Shown: positions 34,066 to 44,726, counted from the stretch's first letter. The stretch is DNA of 64,000 nt from Polyangiaceae bacterium (GCA_965222375.1 CBDCTZ010000011.1:512001-576000), one strand, 5' to 3'. Notes: generated by a model from the sequence alone, not told the origin. Numbers and translations: made by a program.

Positions 34066-34938
34066 TCACCATTGATGCCAGTCGGTTGATTGGTACACGC
34101 CCAGAGTGGGTGCGCCGTCGAAGAGCTTGGCGAACCCTGCTTGGAAGTTTGGATCTGAATAGAAGGCCTCGAGGTTGTCGCTCTTGGACCAGATGTCCAG
34201 GGCGAAGAACTCGTGATCGTCGGCGCGACCAAGGAACACCAGGTGCGCCACGTCGCCTGCGGCCTTCGCTGGGGCTTCTCCGCCGGCTGCCAGAGCGTCG
34301 TGCTCAGTCTTGATCACGCTCAGATCGCCGGCTCGCAACTTGCCCCGCACCACCACGTAAAAGTGAGGATCGGAAGCCTTGCCCGCGTTGATGTCGCCCC
34401 AGCCGTGCCAGGTCGGTTGGTGCTCGAAGGTTTCCAGGGTTGGGGGAGCCGAGAACAGGGCTCCGAAGCCCTTCTGGAAGTTCGGATCCGCGTAGAAGCC
34501 GTCCATGTTCGTATCGTTGTTCCACTCGTCCAGGGCCATGAACTGGTTCTGAGTGGTGCCCAGGAGCGTGGTGCCCAAGAGCACGTCGTGGCCCAAGTCA
34601 CCGGCGGCCTTTGCGGGGGCTTCTCCAGCGGACGCGAGGGCGTCGTGGTCCTTTTTGGCGTCGTCCAAGTTGGACTTCGCCAAGTCCCCTCGCACCAACG
34701 CTGCGAACGTCTTGGCCGGGGCCCCGGAGGAGCCGCTCGCTCCGGCGCGACCCGCGGCACCCGCGGCCCCCGCGCTGCCGCTGGTGCCGCCCGCGCCAGC
34801 GCTCGCCCCAGAGCCGGCACTGCCCCCGGTGGCACTGCCGCCACTGCCCCCTCCGCCGCCGGAGCTGTCGTCGCTGGAGCACGCCATGGTGCCCAAACCA
34901 ATCAAAACCGAAAAAAGGAACGCTGTGCTACGCATCAT
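34066..34938 (-). CDS. lipoprotein with two tandem homologous domains (ABM/dimeric-barrel-like)
   Basis: HDALA..GEAPAKAAGD..H..F.ALD.W..FY.DPNFQ.GF..LF..PTL occurs twice. Confidence 0.8.
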   Translation of the reverse strand: MMRSTAFLFSVLIGLGTMACSSDDSSGGGGGSGGSATGGSAGSGASAGAGGTSGSAGAAGAAGRAGASGSSGAPAKTFAALVRGDLAKSNLDDAKKDHDALASAGEAPAKAAGDLGHDVLLGTTLLGTTQNQFMALDEWNNDTNMDGFYADPNFQKGFGALFSAPPTLETFEHQPTWHGWGDINAGKASDPHFYVVVRGKLRAGDLSVIKTEHDALAAGGEAPAKAAGDVAHLVFLGRADDHEFFALDIWSKSDNLEAFYSDPNFQAGFAKLFDGAPTLGVYQSTDWHQW

Positions 34939-35069
34939 TCACCTCCGCCCGTCCGGGCAAGATCCACACTGCGGCAGCGCGGCGACTCGGACCACTGCGG
35001 GTCGTTCCGAAAAACCTCAGATTCGTCCCAAAGCCGCTTTGGCTTGCTTCGCGCTGCTACAGTTAGCTC

Positions 35070-36002
35070 GTGGACGCACTCAGTCAGATCCTGAAGACGA
35101 TTCGTCTCCAAACCGGGCTGCTGTCCCGCTCGCACTTCACTTTGCCGTGGGCCGTGACGACCCGAGGTGCCCCCAGCCCCATCTTCCATGCCCTGGTCAG
35201 TGGCCATTGCCTGGCTACGCGTGGTGAAGACGAGCCGATCGCCTTGGAAACGGCCGATGTCGTCGTTCTGCCCCACGGGGATCCACACAAGATGTCGAGC
35301 GATGTGACCACGACGGCCGTGAACGTAGGCGAGCTTCTGAGTGCCAAAGATGCCGGAGGAGTTCCCATGCTCAGCCACGGTGGCACTCGGGGCGACGGCG
35401 CAGTGATCATTTGCGGCACGTTCAACCTGGAGCATGAGGCTGCAAACGCATTGATCGACCTCATGCCTGCGGTCATCGTGCTCAAGCCACGCGACGAAGC
35501 GCGCAAACAGTGGGTGAAGAGCACGCTCGATATGCTCGACCTGGAGCTTGCTCAGAGCCGCCCCGGCGCGGAGAGCATGATCAGTCGTTTGACGGACATG
35601 CTGGTTGCACAGGTGATTCGTGAATATGCCCTGACCACCGAAGTATCGGCGAAAGGGCTCTTAGCTGCGGCCCACGACGAACACGTGGGCCGGGCCTTGG
35701 TGCTGATTCACACCGAGCCTGGTGGCTCCTGGAGTGCCGAGCGGCTTGCGTCCACGGTTGGCATGAGTCGGACCCGCTTCTTCGAGCGCTTTTCCTCGCT
35801 CGTGGGAGAGTCTCCAGCCAAGTACTTGGCGCGCTGGCGCGCCAGTGCGGCCGCGGACATGTTGCGAAAGAAGGATCTCGGCACCGCAGAACTCGCGAGC
35901 CAGCTCGGCTACAGTTCGGAAAACGCGTTCGTCCGAGTGTTTCGGCGCTACCAGGGCGTTAGCCCAGCCGAGTTTCGCCGTCGCATCCGCATGCCTCATT
36001 GA
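35070..36002 (+). CDS. AraC family regulator with cupin domain
   Basis: DALSQIL; DVVVLPHGDPH; WSAERLASTVGMSR; LGYSSENAFVRVFRR..SPAEFR. Confidence 0.93.
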   Translation: MDALSQILKTIRLQTGLLSRSHFTLPWAVTTRGAPSPIFHALVSGHCLATRGEDEPIALETADVVVLPHGDPHKMSSDVTTTAVNVGELLSAKDAGGVPMLSHGGTRGDGAVIICGTFNLEHEAANALIDLMPAVIVLKPRDEARKQWVKSTLDMLDLELAQSRPGAESMISRLTDMLVAQVIREYALTTEVSAKGLLAAAHDEHVGRALVLIHTEPGGSWSAERLASTVGMSRTRFFERFSSLVGESPAKYLARWRASAAADMLRKKDLGTAELASQLGYSSENAFVRVFRRYQGVSPAEFRRRIRMPH

Positions 36003-36004
36003 CT

Positions 36005-36218
36005 GACGTCGTAGTCGATTGCGCCGCATGGACCAGTTCCGTCGACTGACGTCGTCGTGGATTGCGCCGCATGGTGGCATCAGTTCCGTCGACCGACGTC
36101 GTCGTGGATTGCGCCGCATGGTGGCATCGGTTCCGTCGACCGACGTCGTCGTGGATTGCGCCGCATGGTGGCATCGGTTCCGTCGACCGACGTCGTCGTG
36201 GATTGCGCCGCATGGTGG
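36005..36218. repeat. 47-bp tandem repeat array (1 degenerate, 3 full, 1 partial unit)
   Basis: GACGTCGTCGTGGATTGCGCCGCATGGTGGCATCGGTTCCGTCGACC with unit starts at 36048, 36095, 36142, 36189. Confidence 0.95.
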
Positions 36219-36321
36219 CCGGCACGGTGTGGCCGGCACGGTGCGGCCGGCGAGCAAGCGCGGACTCCTTCGAGCACTCGACGGACATCGAACCGCGCCG
36301 GTCACTCTGCAGGAATCCCGG

Positions 36322-37871
36322 CTACGGGACCAGCATCGCGAGAGCCTGCCGCAAGAGGGCTGCCAAGTGCCCGGCGCCTTGACGGCGAGTGTCACCTTGC
36401 CGCCCCAGCGCAGCCACGACCTTCTTCGACTCTCCGCGCCGAAACCCCATGTTCGTGAGCGCACTCAGAAGCTTGGCTTCCACCTCGGCCGAGTTCACAC
36501 GCGCTCGGCCACGCACTCCGCCGATCGGCAACACCTCCGACCTCAGGTCGGCAGCTCCGCCCGCCACGTGGCAGACGGAACGGAGCGACTCACAGACGCG
36601 GAGTTCACGAGCGTCGTCCACGCGGCAACTCGGTGCGTCAATCGCGCGGGCGGGACTTGGACGGCAGCTCAGCGGGTCGGGTGCCGCTGGTGGGCTAGCG
36701 TTACTCGGGCGGCAGCTCAGCGGGTCGGGTGCCGCGGGTGGTCTCGCGTTACTCGGGCGGCAGCTCAGCGGGTCGGGTGCCGCGGGTCCGTCGGCGTCGC
36801 CTCCAACATCGTCTGTTCAGGCGCGCTGGGGGATTCGCCGTCCAACCTCTGCTGGCGAAGGCGGATTCTTTTCTCAATGTACTTTCGTCCGAAGACCTGC
36901 TCGGCTTCGAACAAGTTGTGCGGGCCGCATAGCAGACGCCCATTGCACGTCGTGCCAGCGCCACCACAGGCGCGCGGGGTCCAATGGTCGAGTTGCACAA
37001 ACGCGCGCGCTCGGCAGCGCTCTCCGCTTGGCGACACGTAGGTGCACTGCTCGCCATCGCGCTCGTAGATTTCTCGGCGGGCCTGGCGAGAGAAGTCGCC
37101 GTGCTCGGTTCCACCTGACCGTTTCGGATGCTTGGTCTTGCCGAGCTTCGTCTTCCCTAGATCTGCCAGCACCAGGTCGAGTCCCCGCTCGATGACCGTC
37201 GCCAAGTCTCGCTTTGGATTCGAGTGACTCATCAAGTCGAGCACGCGCTCGAGCTTGTCCTTGAGGGCCGTGCCGGCTGAAAACTGGACGACAAAACGCT
37301 GCGCGGAAAGTGGTGACACGCGGGATTTCGGTTCCGCCGGCCGCCGCAGCGCCGGGCCCGCCGCCTGCAAAGCCGACGCGGTGCAGGCGGCGGAATCGGC
37401 CGCCTGCACCGCTTGGGCCGGCACGGCGCGGATGCTGTCGGGCACGTCCTTCTTCGGGAAGTATGAGCGGATTAGCAACTCGACCTCGGCTTTGCTCTTG
37501 TCGCAGGCCTGCGCGAGCAACTCGGCGTAGTTCTCGGGTCTGAGATGCTTTTGCAGCATGCTGAGCGCTGTCACGTGGATCCGCCCCTCTCGCAGCAGAT
37601 CCAGGACCATTGGATGGCTGCGTGCAACCCGCGCCGCCGCAATGTGTCGATGAGCGCTGCCCTCGCTGAGCCGCAGCTTGCGGCAGCAAAACTCGTACAT
37701 GGAGGAGCACGCCTCCCTCAGCTCCAAGCGCCGTGCTTCCACCTCGCCGAGGGCCACGAGCTCCGCAGTGACTTTGCGCCGCGAGCCAATCACGCCGCCC
37801 AGATTCGCCAGCACCTCATCGTCCGAGAGCTGATCCATGCGCTTCGACGCACTCGACGAGTTGAGTTTCAT
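36322..37871 (-). CDS. HNH endonuclease with DUF222-like N-terminus (copy 2); RuvA-C-like tail in a different frame
   Basis: 36765-37871: LGEVEARRLELREACSSMYEFC..CTYVSPSGERC..LDHWTPRACGG..LLCGPHN; 36322-36621: SALTNMGF..LLRQAL. Confidence 0.88.
36663..36786. repeat. 48-bp tandem repeat (about 2.6 units) in the HNH copy 2 linker
   Basis: GGCAGCTCAGCGGGTCGGGTGCCGC at 36663, 36711, 36759. Confidence 0.92.
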
Positions 37872-38060
37872 ACCTACTTGCCTAACACGCGTCTATTTGG
37901 CTTTTCAGCTGACATGCTGCGAGGCGATCGCGATCCCAATCGCCGCGCGCGCCGTCTCGCCGCCGAAACCGCACCCGCGAGTCACACATGCGCCGCACGT
38001 CCACACAAATCGCTGCGCTGGCGTTTCGTGCGCGCGTGCGCGCAGAAACGTGTCAACAAG
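37872..38060 (-). other. conserved non-coding 5' module of HNH copy 2
   Basis: Collinear motifs with 9258-9445. Confidence 0.65.
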
Positions 38061-38455
38061 ATTCGCGAAAAAATGCGAAGCTCGGGCGCTCCCTCGGCCT
38101 TCCGCCAAGAATGGCCCATGCGATTCTCCTGCGGGTGACGCCCAGCTCGTACCGCGATGAACTGTCGATGACGGCAGCTTCCGGTACATCCCCCAAAAAT
38201 ACCTGCGTCCAACCCTCTCGGTCCGACCGCTGCGCGTTTCCCTCAAACAAGAAAGTGTGCCGCCACCGAAGAGTGTTGAACCATGAACCGACGGGGTGCA
38301 TGGGGGCCGCAGCCACCGGTTTCAGAGGGCCCGATCTCGAAGTCCAATGGACGTGCTGCGTCGACGTCTACGCAGAATTTGCATCCATCGGATTCTATTG
38401 GCGTTTTTGGAGGCCGCGTTGCAGCTGCTCAACATGGATGTCAAGGTCCGCCCCG

Positions 38456-39295
38456 ATGCGCCTGCCGCGTTTATTGGTGGTGCTGGCCCTGACGCTGTTC
38501 GCAGCGACGGCCAGCGCCAAGCCGCCCAAGGCGGTGCGCCACACCATCAAGCGTGGCGAGACGCTGAGCTCCATCGCGACCAAGTACAACACCAACGTTT
38601 CCAGCATCCTGCGCTGGAACGCGATGAAGCGCACCGCCATGCTGACGCCGGGCAAGAAGATCGGGGTGCCTCTGCCCCCGGGGTCTTCCTGGCGCCGCGG
38701 TGGCAAGAAGGGCAAGGCCAAAAAAGGCCGGGCCTCCTACGCGCCCCGCAATGCCGCAAAAACGTGGCAGGATTTCGTGGCCAAGCCGGAGCGACCGGGC
38801 TACGTCCGGTTGAAGAGCTACTCCAGCGAATGGGAAGGTCAGGTCCTGAGCGAAAGCGGCGAGCTTCTGCCCACGGTTCAGGGCAACGTCTCGGGTGTGC
38901 TCGGTTCCTGGCGAAACAAGACGGTTCGGCCCATCGACGTCCGCCTGATTCGCTTGATCGCGAAGGTCAGCGACCGCTTCGGCGGCCGTACAATCAAAGT
39001 GGTCAGCGGCTATCGCCCCGGCGGCGGTCGCTCCCGCCACCACCATGGCGCTGCCATCGACTTCAGCATCGAAGGCGTGCCCAACTGGGCCGTCAGGCAG
39101 TACCTTCTTTCCCTGAAAAGCGTGGGTGTCGGCTACTACCCGAATTCCTATCACCTACATTTGGATGTGCGTGAGCGCACCACCCACTGGGTCGACGTGT
39201 CCCGCCCAGGACAGCGCGCCCGCTATCTGAAGAAGCGCCGCCGCGCCAAACGCAAGAACGCGGCGCGCCGGAAGACGGCACGCCGCTCTCGCTGA
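38456..39295 (+). CDS. LysM plus peptidase M15/DUF882 (YcbK-like) protein
   Basis: HTIKRGETLSSIATKY; IDVRL; VVSGYR; SRHHHGAAIDF; GVGYYPNSYHLHLDVR. Confidence 0.9.
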   Translation: MRLPRLLVVLALTLFAATASAKPPKAVRHTIKRGETLSSIATKYNTNVSSILRWNAMKRTAMLTPGKKIGVPLPPGSSWRRGGKKGKAKKGRASYAPRNAAKTWQDFVAKPERPGYVRLKSYSSEWEGQVLSESGELLPTVQGNVSGVLGSWRNKTVRPIDVRLIRLIAKVSDRFGGRTIKVVSGYRPGGGRSRHHHGAAIDFSIEGVPNWAVRQYLLSLKSVGVGYYPNSYHLHLDVRERTTHWVDVSRPGQRARYLKKRRRAKRKNAARRKTARRSR

Positions 39296-39350
39296 AGCGT
39301 TGGATAGAGGCCGCCACCGTTTGTTGGGCGACCACCAGCGGCGGCTTCCC

Positions 39351-41393
39351 TTACTGCGGCTCGACGGTGACGATCACCGTGCGGTTCGGCATTGGGTATG
39401 CCCATACACCGGGCATGGCAGGGCGCACTAGGCCGTTTCCATCTGCAGCGCCGACGTTCGGCGTGCCTCCGGAGTTGGTTGCCATGTCCGGACCCAAGGC
39501 GCCGCCTTGGTTCTGCTCCGTGCCCGCATCGTAGGCCGCGAGCATCGCCGCGATGTCCTTGGCGATGTCGGCGTCCGGGCGCGCGGCACCGCCGGGGGTC
39601 ACCAGCTCGATGCCAGCAGACCCTAGGCCCAAGAAGGTGTCGTTGGAGTTGGCCACCATCGACGCGATGCTCAAGAAGCGATGAGAGGGCTTCGCGGTCA
39701 CCTTGAATGTGAAGCTGAGGCCCGGCGCCGCTGGCCCTGAGCCTTCCGCGCCCTTGCTGTCAATGCCGGCGCCAGTGAGACCGGCGAGCAGAGCGACGGG
39801 GCTGCCATCTTCCGCCAGGCTTTCGAGACCGGCTGAGGCCGGCATACCCATGGTGAAGAAGCTCGCCGTTGCATCATGTACGGCCCAGGCTACCGGCGTG
39901 AGCGCGGCTGGGAACGCCGTAGCGCCGCTGGTGTTGTCCACGGTGACGTCAAAGGTCAGCCCTCCGGCATTCTTGACCGTCACGCTGACGAACTTCGCCA
40001 AGGCTGCGCCGTCGAGGTCGTTGGTGTCGTCGGCGTAGAGCCGGATCTTGTTGTCCGGATCCGCCGGCCCCGTGTTGGCCGTACCTTGTCGTGGCGCCTG
40101 AGTGGCACCCACGCCGGGCACTTCGTTGGCTTCGGTGCCCGCGTCCCAGTTGGCCAGGCTTGCCTGCAGGTCTGCTTCGACGTCTCCCGCGGGGCGGGGT
40201 GTTCCAGTGGAGTCCAGCAGCGCCACGCCTGCTTCCTGCGTGCCAATGAAGACGTCGTTGGATTGCACGAGCATTGTGGCGAGGGATAGCCGCGGTGTGG
40301 CCGCCGTCGGAGTGACTGTGAAGGACAGCGACATTCCCGGCGGAACCGGCGCAGCGCCGGCGACGTCTGCCTCGCCGACATTTGCGTCAGTCCCGTGCTC
40401 GGTCTTGAGTTCACCGGGGTTGCCGTCTTCAGCGAGCATCTCGAGCCCGGTGGACGCCTGGCTTCCCGCCTTGAACAGCGACCATTTGTCATTGTGGGTC
40501 GCGTAGAAAGCCGGGGAGATCGGCGTCATCATCGCACCGCCGGTCTTCGAGACGTTGTCCAGCTTCACCGTGTAGGCGCCGCCGGATTCGGTCACCGTGA
40601 CCTTCACCATCTTTGCCGGGATCGGGATGGTGCGAGTGGGCTCTACGCGCTTGGACACGACGGCTTCCGCTGGTCCTGAGTTTGCACTCGGCTGGCGAGG
40701 AGCCTGCATCGCGCCCACACCAGGGGCTTCGTCCTTCTCTGTACCTGCATCCCACAGGTTGAAGCTCGCGGTCACGTCACGCTTCGCCATCGGACTTCCA
40801 CCGGAATCAAAAAGGTCGATGCCATCCTTGTTCGCGATGAAAGCGTCGTTGGACTGTACGAACATCGTTGCCAGGTACAGCTTTTCGCCAGGCGACGCTT
40901 GAAAGGTGAACTCGTAGGAGTCCCCAGGCAGAGCCGGACCGGCAGAACTCTGCCCCGCGGGTGTGTTGAACGCGCCGGCACTCACTCCAGACTTCGCGGT
41001 CAAGGAACTCACTAGATTGCCGGGGTCGCCATCCTCGGCCAGGGCTTCGAGGCCTTCACCCGGGTCTTTGGTGGCGTCGGCAAATATGGGGTTGGTACCG
41101 CTGGTCAAACCGTAGGCGCCAGGAGCCAGCGGCGAGGGCAGTGCGCTCATGCCCGAGATGTTCTCGATGGTGACCTTGAAGCTAGTGCCCGTTCCCGCGG
41201 TGCCGCCGCTGCCCGAGCTGCCCGAAGAGCCACTACTGCCGGCGGTGCCGCCGCTGCCCGAGGCGCCAGCGCTGCCGGCGGTGCCTCCGGTACCGCCCGA
41301 ACTCGGGCTCGCGTCGTCATCATCCCCACAACCGACCAGCAAAGGAACGGCACAGATACAGCTAGCTAGAATCGTCAATGATCGTGAACGCAT
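39351..41393 (-). CDS. lipoprotein with three spondin_N-like domains
   Basis: GLE.LAEDG, A(T/S)M.V.SND.F and (W/Y)DAGTE each occur three times; lipobox LVGC. Confidence 0.9.
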   Translation of the reverse strand: MRSRSLTILASCICAVPLLVGCGDDDDASPSSGGTGGTAGSAGASGSGGTAGSSGSSGSSGSGGTAGTGTSFKVTIENISGMSALPSPLAPGAYGLTSGTNPIFADATKDPGEGLEALAEDGDPGNLVSSLTAKSGVSAGAFNTPAGQSSAGPALPGDSYEFTFQASPGEKLYLATMFVQSNDAFIANKDGIDLFDSGGSPMAKRDVTASFNLWDAGTEKDEAPGVGAMQAPRQPSANSGPAEAVVSKRVEPTRTIPIPAKMVKVTVTESGGAYTVKLDNVSKTGGAMMTPISPAFYATHNDKWSLFKAGSQASTGLEMLAEDGNPGELKTEHGTDANVGEADVAGAAPVPPGMSLSFTVTPTAATPRLSLATMLVQSNDVFIGTQEAGVALLDSTGTPRPAGDVEADLQASLANWDAGTEANEVPGVGATQAPRQGTANTGPADPDNKIRLYADDTNDLDGAALAKFVSVTVKNAGGLTFDVTVDNTSGATAFPAALTPVAWAVHDATASFFTMGMPASAGLESLAEDGSPVALLAGLTGAGIDSKGAEGSGPAAPGLSFTFKVTAKPSHRFLSIASMVANSNDTFLGLGSAGIELVTPGGAARPDADIAKDIAAMLAAYDAGTEQNQGGALGPDMATNSGGTPNVGAADGNGLVRPAMPGVWAYPMPNRTVIVTVEPQ

Positions 41394-41565
41394 GTCGGTA
41401 TTCTCCAAGAATTCGGTTCAGTGGTTGCTCAAGGGTGCGAAAACGCGGATGCACGGGGACAAAGTTCGACCGCTGAGCCAGCGGCCCAGGGTGAGAAATC
41501 CCCATGTCCTGGCTGCTTACGCGGCCCACGGGCTGCGGTTACACCGAAGCTGTCGGCGCGAGCTA

Positions 41566-41923
41566 CTATTGGTGGCTGTCAGTCAGAAGGCGCTCGATGG
41601 TCACGCCGAAAAGACCTTGATCCGTTCGCGCACTTGGACGGGTCGGCGAAGCACACCTCGCTGGTCTTGCAACCGACGTTCTGCTTCGTTCCGCAGCCGC
41701 CAGAGCCCAGGCATCCCCAGAGGCATCACAGGTCAGCTCGCCGCTCAAGCCACCAACGCAATTGCAGGGCCGCGTGGAGGCAGGCGCGCAGAACGAGCCA
41801 CTTCCGCCGCTGCCACCCGACCCGGACGACCTGGTCGACTAGCGGCGCAATTCCGGTGGTTGGTTTGTCCGCGCTACTGCAAGCGACCAAAATCAAGCAA
41901 GAGGGGATGAGCAGTCGTTTCAA
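41566..41923 (-). pseudogene. frameshifted Gly/Cys-rich lipoprotein remnant
   Basis: MKRLLIPSCLILVAC, then other-frame GSGGSGGSGSFCAPASTRPCNCVGGLSGELTC. Confidence 0.5.
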
Positions 41924-43755
41924 TTGCAGAGCCCATGGTAGGCGCAGCGCACGGCGGCCTCGGGGCCGGGTCGAGCCTCAGCCATGAAAGGCAGCACCTC
42001 TTCGACGGTCAGGTCGCTCACGGTGTTGCTTTCCGTGGAAGGCACGATGCTCTCGGGCTTCACGAGGAGGCCGTCGATGGCCTCGTAGGTGTACTCGACG
42101 TGTTCGTCGTCCAGGCTCCCGCTGAACCAACCGCTCTTGTTGATGTGATCGCGAAGGTCAGCCAAGAAGCTGGTCTCCTTGCTCGAAAGGGAGCCATCCA
42201 CACCCGCCATCATGCGGGCCGTGGCCAGAATCGCCAAACGGGTCTCCTCCGCCATGTCCTTGAACTGGTCTTTGGCACAGTCAGTGACGTCGCCCGTGTC
42301 CGTCGTGTTTGAGAGCTGGGCCAGAGCGTCCCACTCGGCCTTGGCACTACCGAACCAGCCATCGTCTTCGTACCAAATCTTGTTCAGGTGGGCGGCCAAC
42401 AGCTGCTCCTCCACCGGCTTTACCGCGTTGTCGGCGGTGGCGACTCGACCTAGGATTTTCGCCATGCACTTTCGGCCGTCGTAGCTCTGAAGGTGCTTGC
42501 CGGACTCCTCCATCATGCCGACGGCCCAGGGCTTGAAGAAGACGCCGAGGCGATTGCCGAGCTTGTCGACGACGTGCGCGGAGAACCCAGCGTCGACCAA
42601 GATGATCAGGCCGAAAGTGGCCAGACCGAGGATCTGTTGGCCGACGCTAGCGGCGGCGCCTTGCGCCGCCGCCTTCGCGGCGATCTCAGCCCCCTTCGTG
42701 GTGACGTGCTTGAGCATTTCTGCCGCGGCCTTCGCGATGAGCGATCGCACGATGTCGTTGACGACGATGTTGGCGGTCTTCTGAACCACAGTCTTCGCTA
42801 GGAAGCGGATCGCGAAGGATGCCGCGGTGATCTTTGCAGTTCCGGGTAGCTCCATGACCGTCGCTGCGACCAGAAACAGATTGTGTCCTTCGCGGATGTC
42901 GATTTCGTAGAGAGAAGCCAGCTCGATGGCGAGCCGCATCTTGTTGCGAAAGTCGAGGATCTGCCGGTGCGAAAAGCTGATGACGATCCCAGCAACAGGG
43001 ATCAGGGATTCCGCACCGGCGATGACCGCGTTGCGGGCGGCTAGCCACTGGTGGTGGTCGACGATCTTCTTCAGGCGCTCTTCCCTGGGTTCGGAATATG
43101 GGAATGCTTCGTCGAACACCGGATAGGCATCGTCCAGAACGCCGGTGTGCTCGAAGAGGAAAGCGTAGAGCTTGCCAAAGGGTCCGGCGCCCTTGAGCAA
43201 CTCCAAGCTTTCACGCATGGCGTCGTTCACGCCGGTCTGGGGCAGGCTGTTACCGAAGCCGCCGGGGTCGTCTCCCTTCGCTGTGGCTTGTGCCGTGGCG
43301 CCCACAGGAACCATGTACGCAGTCACGTAGAGCCCGCCGAGCCGCTCCAGGATCTCCGAGTGCGCGCGGGAGATGAAGCTCTCACGCTCGGCATCACTGG
43401 CACTCGTCGAGAGCTGATCGGCGTCCAATTTCAGCTGTGTCAGGGCCGCGCGCTCTTTGCTCGTGAGCTTGACGTCTAACTGGGCGATTCTGTCTGCGAG
43501 CTTCTGCGCGGCGCGCCGCGAGTCGCTGAGGCCCGCGAGCAGTTCATCTTGAGCGCCCATGATCTGGCGCATGGACCTGCTGTCGGCTGTGTTCCAACAC
43601 AGCTCGGCTGAGCGCGGACAAGTGATGTCATCGGCCTTGCCCCCCAACCCCCAGACAATCTCATCTGGCTCAACGGTTTCTGGAGCCTCTGCATCGGAGC
43701 CGCAGGCGGTGGCTAGCACCATCAATACGACCGCACCCAGGAGTCGAAGTAGCAT
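41920..43755 (-). CDS. lipoprotein with EcsC-like and TerB-like regions
   Basis: ATAC lipobox, GKADD motif; MRLAIELASLYEID; VATADNAVKPVEEQLL and MAGVDGSLSSKETSFL. Confidence 0.7.
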   Translation of the reverse strand: MLLRLLGAVVLMVLATACGSDAEAPETVEPDEIVWGLGGKADDITCPRSAELCWNTADSRSMRQIMGAQDELLAGLSDSRRAAQKLADRIAQLDVKLTSKERAALTQLKLDADQLSTSASDAERESFISRAHSEILERLGGLYVTAYMVPVGATAQATAKGDDPGGFGNSLPQTGVNDAMRESLELLKGAGPFGKLYAFLFEHTGVLDDAYPVFDEAFPYSEPREERLKKIVDHHQWLAARNAVIAGAESLIPVAGIVISFSHRQILDFRNKMRLAIELASLYEIDIREGHNLFLVAATVMELPGTAKITAASFAIRFLAKTVVQKTANIVVNDIVRSLIAKAAAEMLKHVTTKGAEIAAKAAAQGAAASVGQQILGLATFGLIILVDAGFSAHVVDKLGNRLGVFFKPWAVGMMEESGKHLQSYDGRKCMAKILGRVATADNAVKPVEEQLLAAHLNKIWYEDDGWFGSAKAEWDALAQLSNTTDTGDVTDCAKDQFKDMAEETRLAILATARMMAGVDGSLSSKETSFLADLRDHINKSGWFSGSLDDEHVEYTYEAIDGLLVKPESIVPSTESNTVSDLTVEEVLPFMAEARPGPEAAVRCAYHGLCN

Positions 43756-43858
43756 GGGGTGGTGTGCGATTGCGCTGCGCGTGTTGGAAGACGAGTCAGA
43801 CAGTTTCATGGTTCTCTTAGCCCTGGCAATTATCCTACATTGTAGTACATAGCATCCA

Positions 43859-44205
43859 ATGCAGCGCGCTGTTTCGCGGGCGCCGGATTTTTCCAATCTC
43901 GCCGTCTACGAGATTTGGACCCAGCATCGCGTGTACACCCTCGATGCAGATCGATACCGCGTGTCCGTGCGGGACATCGACACTGGGACGAGGCAAGCGT
44001 GCACCGTTGTGTCGGTGCCCGTCTCTCCGGGGGCCGACGTCGGGCCGGCGAGCAGGTTCAGTTCAGCTTTCCGCTGCCTGACATTGGGGCACGTGCACTC
44101 TTCGACACCGATGCTGACAAAAAGGGGGGTGGGATCCTGACGTCATCCGTTGCTCGGGTTGTGCAGCGAAACCACGAAGTTCGGCTCTCGTCCGAAGTCG
44201 CGTGA
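43859..44205 (+). pseudogene. hypothetical protein split by a frameshift
   Basis: VYEIWTQHRVYTLD..VRD..TG in one frame; HRCVGARLSGG..FPLP..LTSSVARVV in another. Confidence 0.5.
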
Positions 44206-44213
44206 GGCCGTGC

Positions 44214-44726
44214 CTACGCGGCTTTGACCCCGGCTGGTTTGCCCAAGGGGCGCCGCCACTGTCGTGACGCTGGTTCTCGCTCGTTTTCCTCGAGCCTCAC
44301 GGCGAAATCGCTGGCCAGGGCTTCGACCCTTCGCAGGACGCGGCGACTCACGCAGGGCGGGGACATTGCAAGCACGCCCACGGCTCCGCCGGGTGTCAGC
44401 AGTGGCATGACCAGCGCTTGGGCCGCAGGCAAGATCTCGCGCAGGCGCGGGGGGACGCTGCGCAGGGCTGTTGAGTCCCCGTGCTGCAACCAGAGGCAGA
44501 GCAGGGCCTCCTCGTCCGAGTCAGGTATCGGCGCGGGCCCCGCCACGATTGGGAGCGCCTCCCGGGTCGAGAGATCCAAAACCGCGACGACGGCGGTCCG
44601 GGAGGCTTCGAGAACTTCCGCGGCGAACTCTCGCATCATGCGAGTGCGACCTGAGCCGCTGGGAGGGTCAGCGGCGGAGGTCGGTTCGATTTCGCAGGGC
44701 ACATCCAGGTCCATTGACTGCAGCAC
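44214..44726 (-). CDS. hypothetical protein, possibly GAF-like
   Basis: ALVMPLLTPGGAVGVLAM. Confidence 0.55.
   Translation of the reverse strand: MLQSMDLDVPCEIEPTSAADPPSGSGRTRMMREFAAEVLEASRTAVVAVLDLSTREALPIVAGPAPIPDSDEEALLCLWLQHGDSTALRSVPPRLREILPAAQALVMPLLTPGGAVGVLAMSPPCVSRRVLRRVEALASDFAVRLEENEREPASRQWRRPLGKPAGVKAA

Noticed and set aside
36005..36218. CRISPR array
   Set aside because: Units are contiguous with no unique spacers, and there are no cas genes in the window
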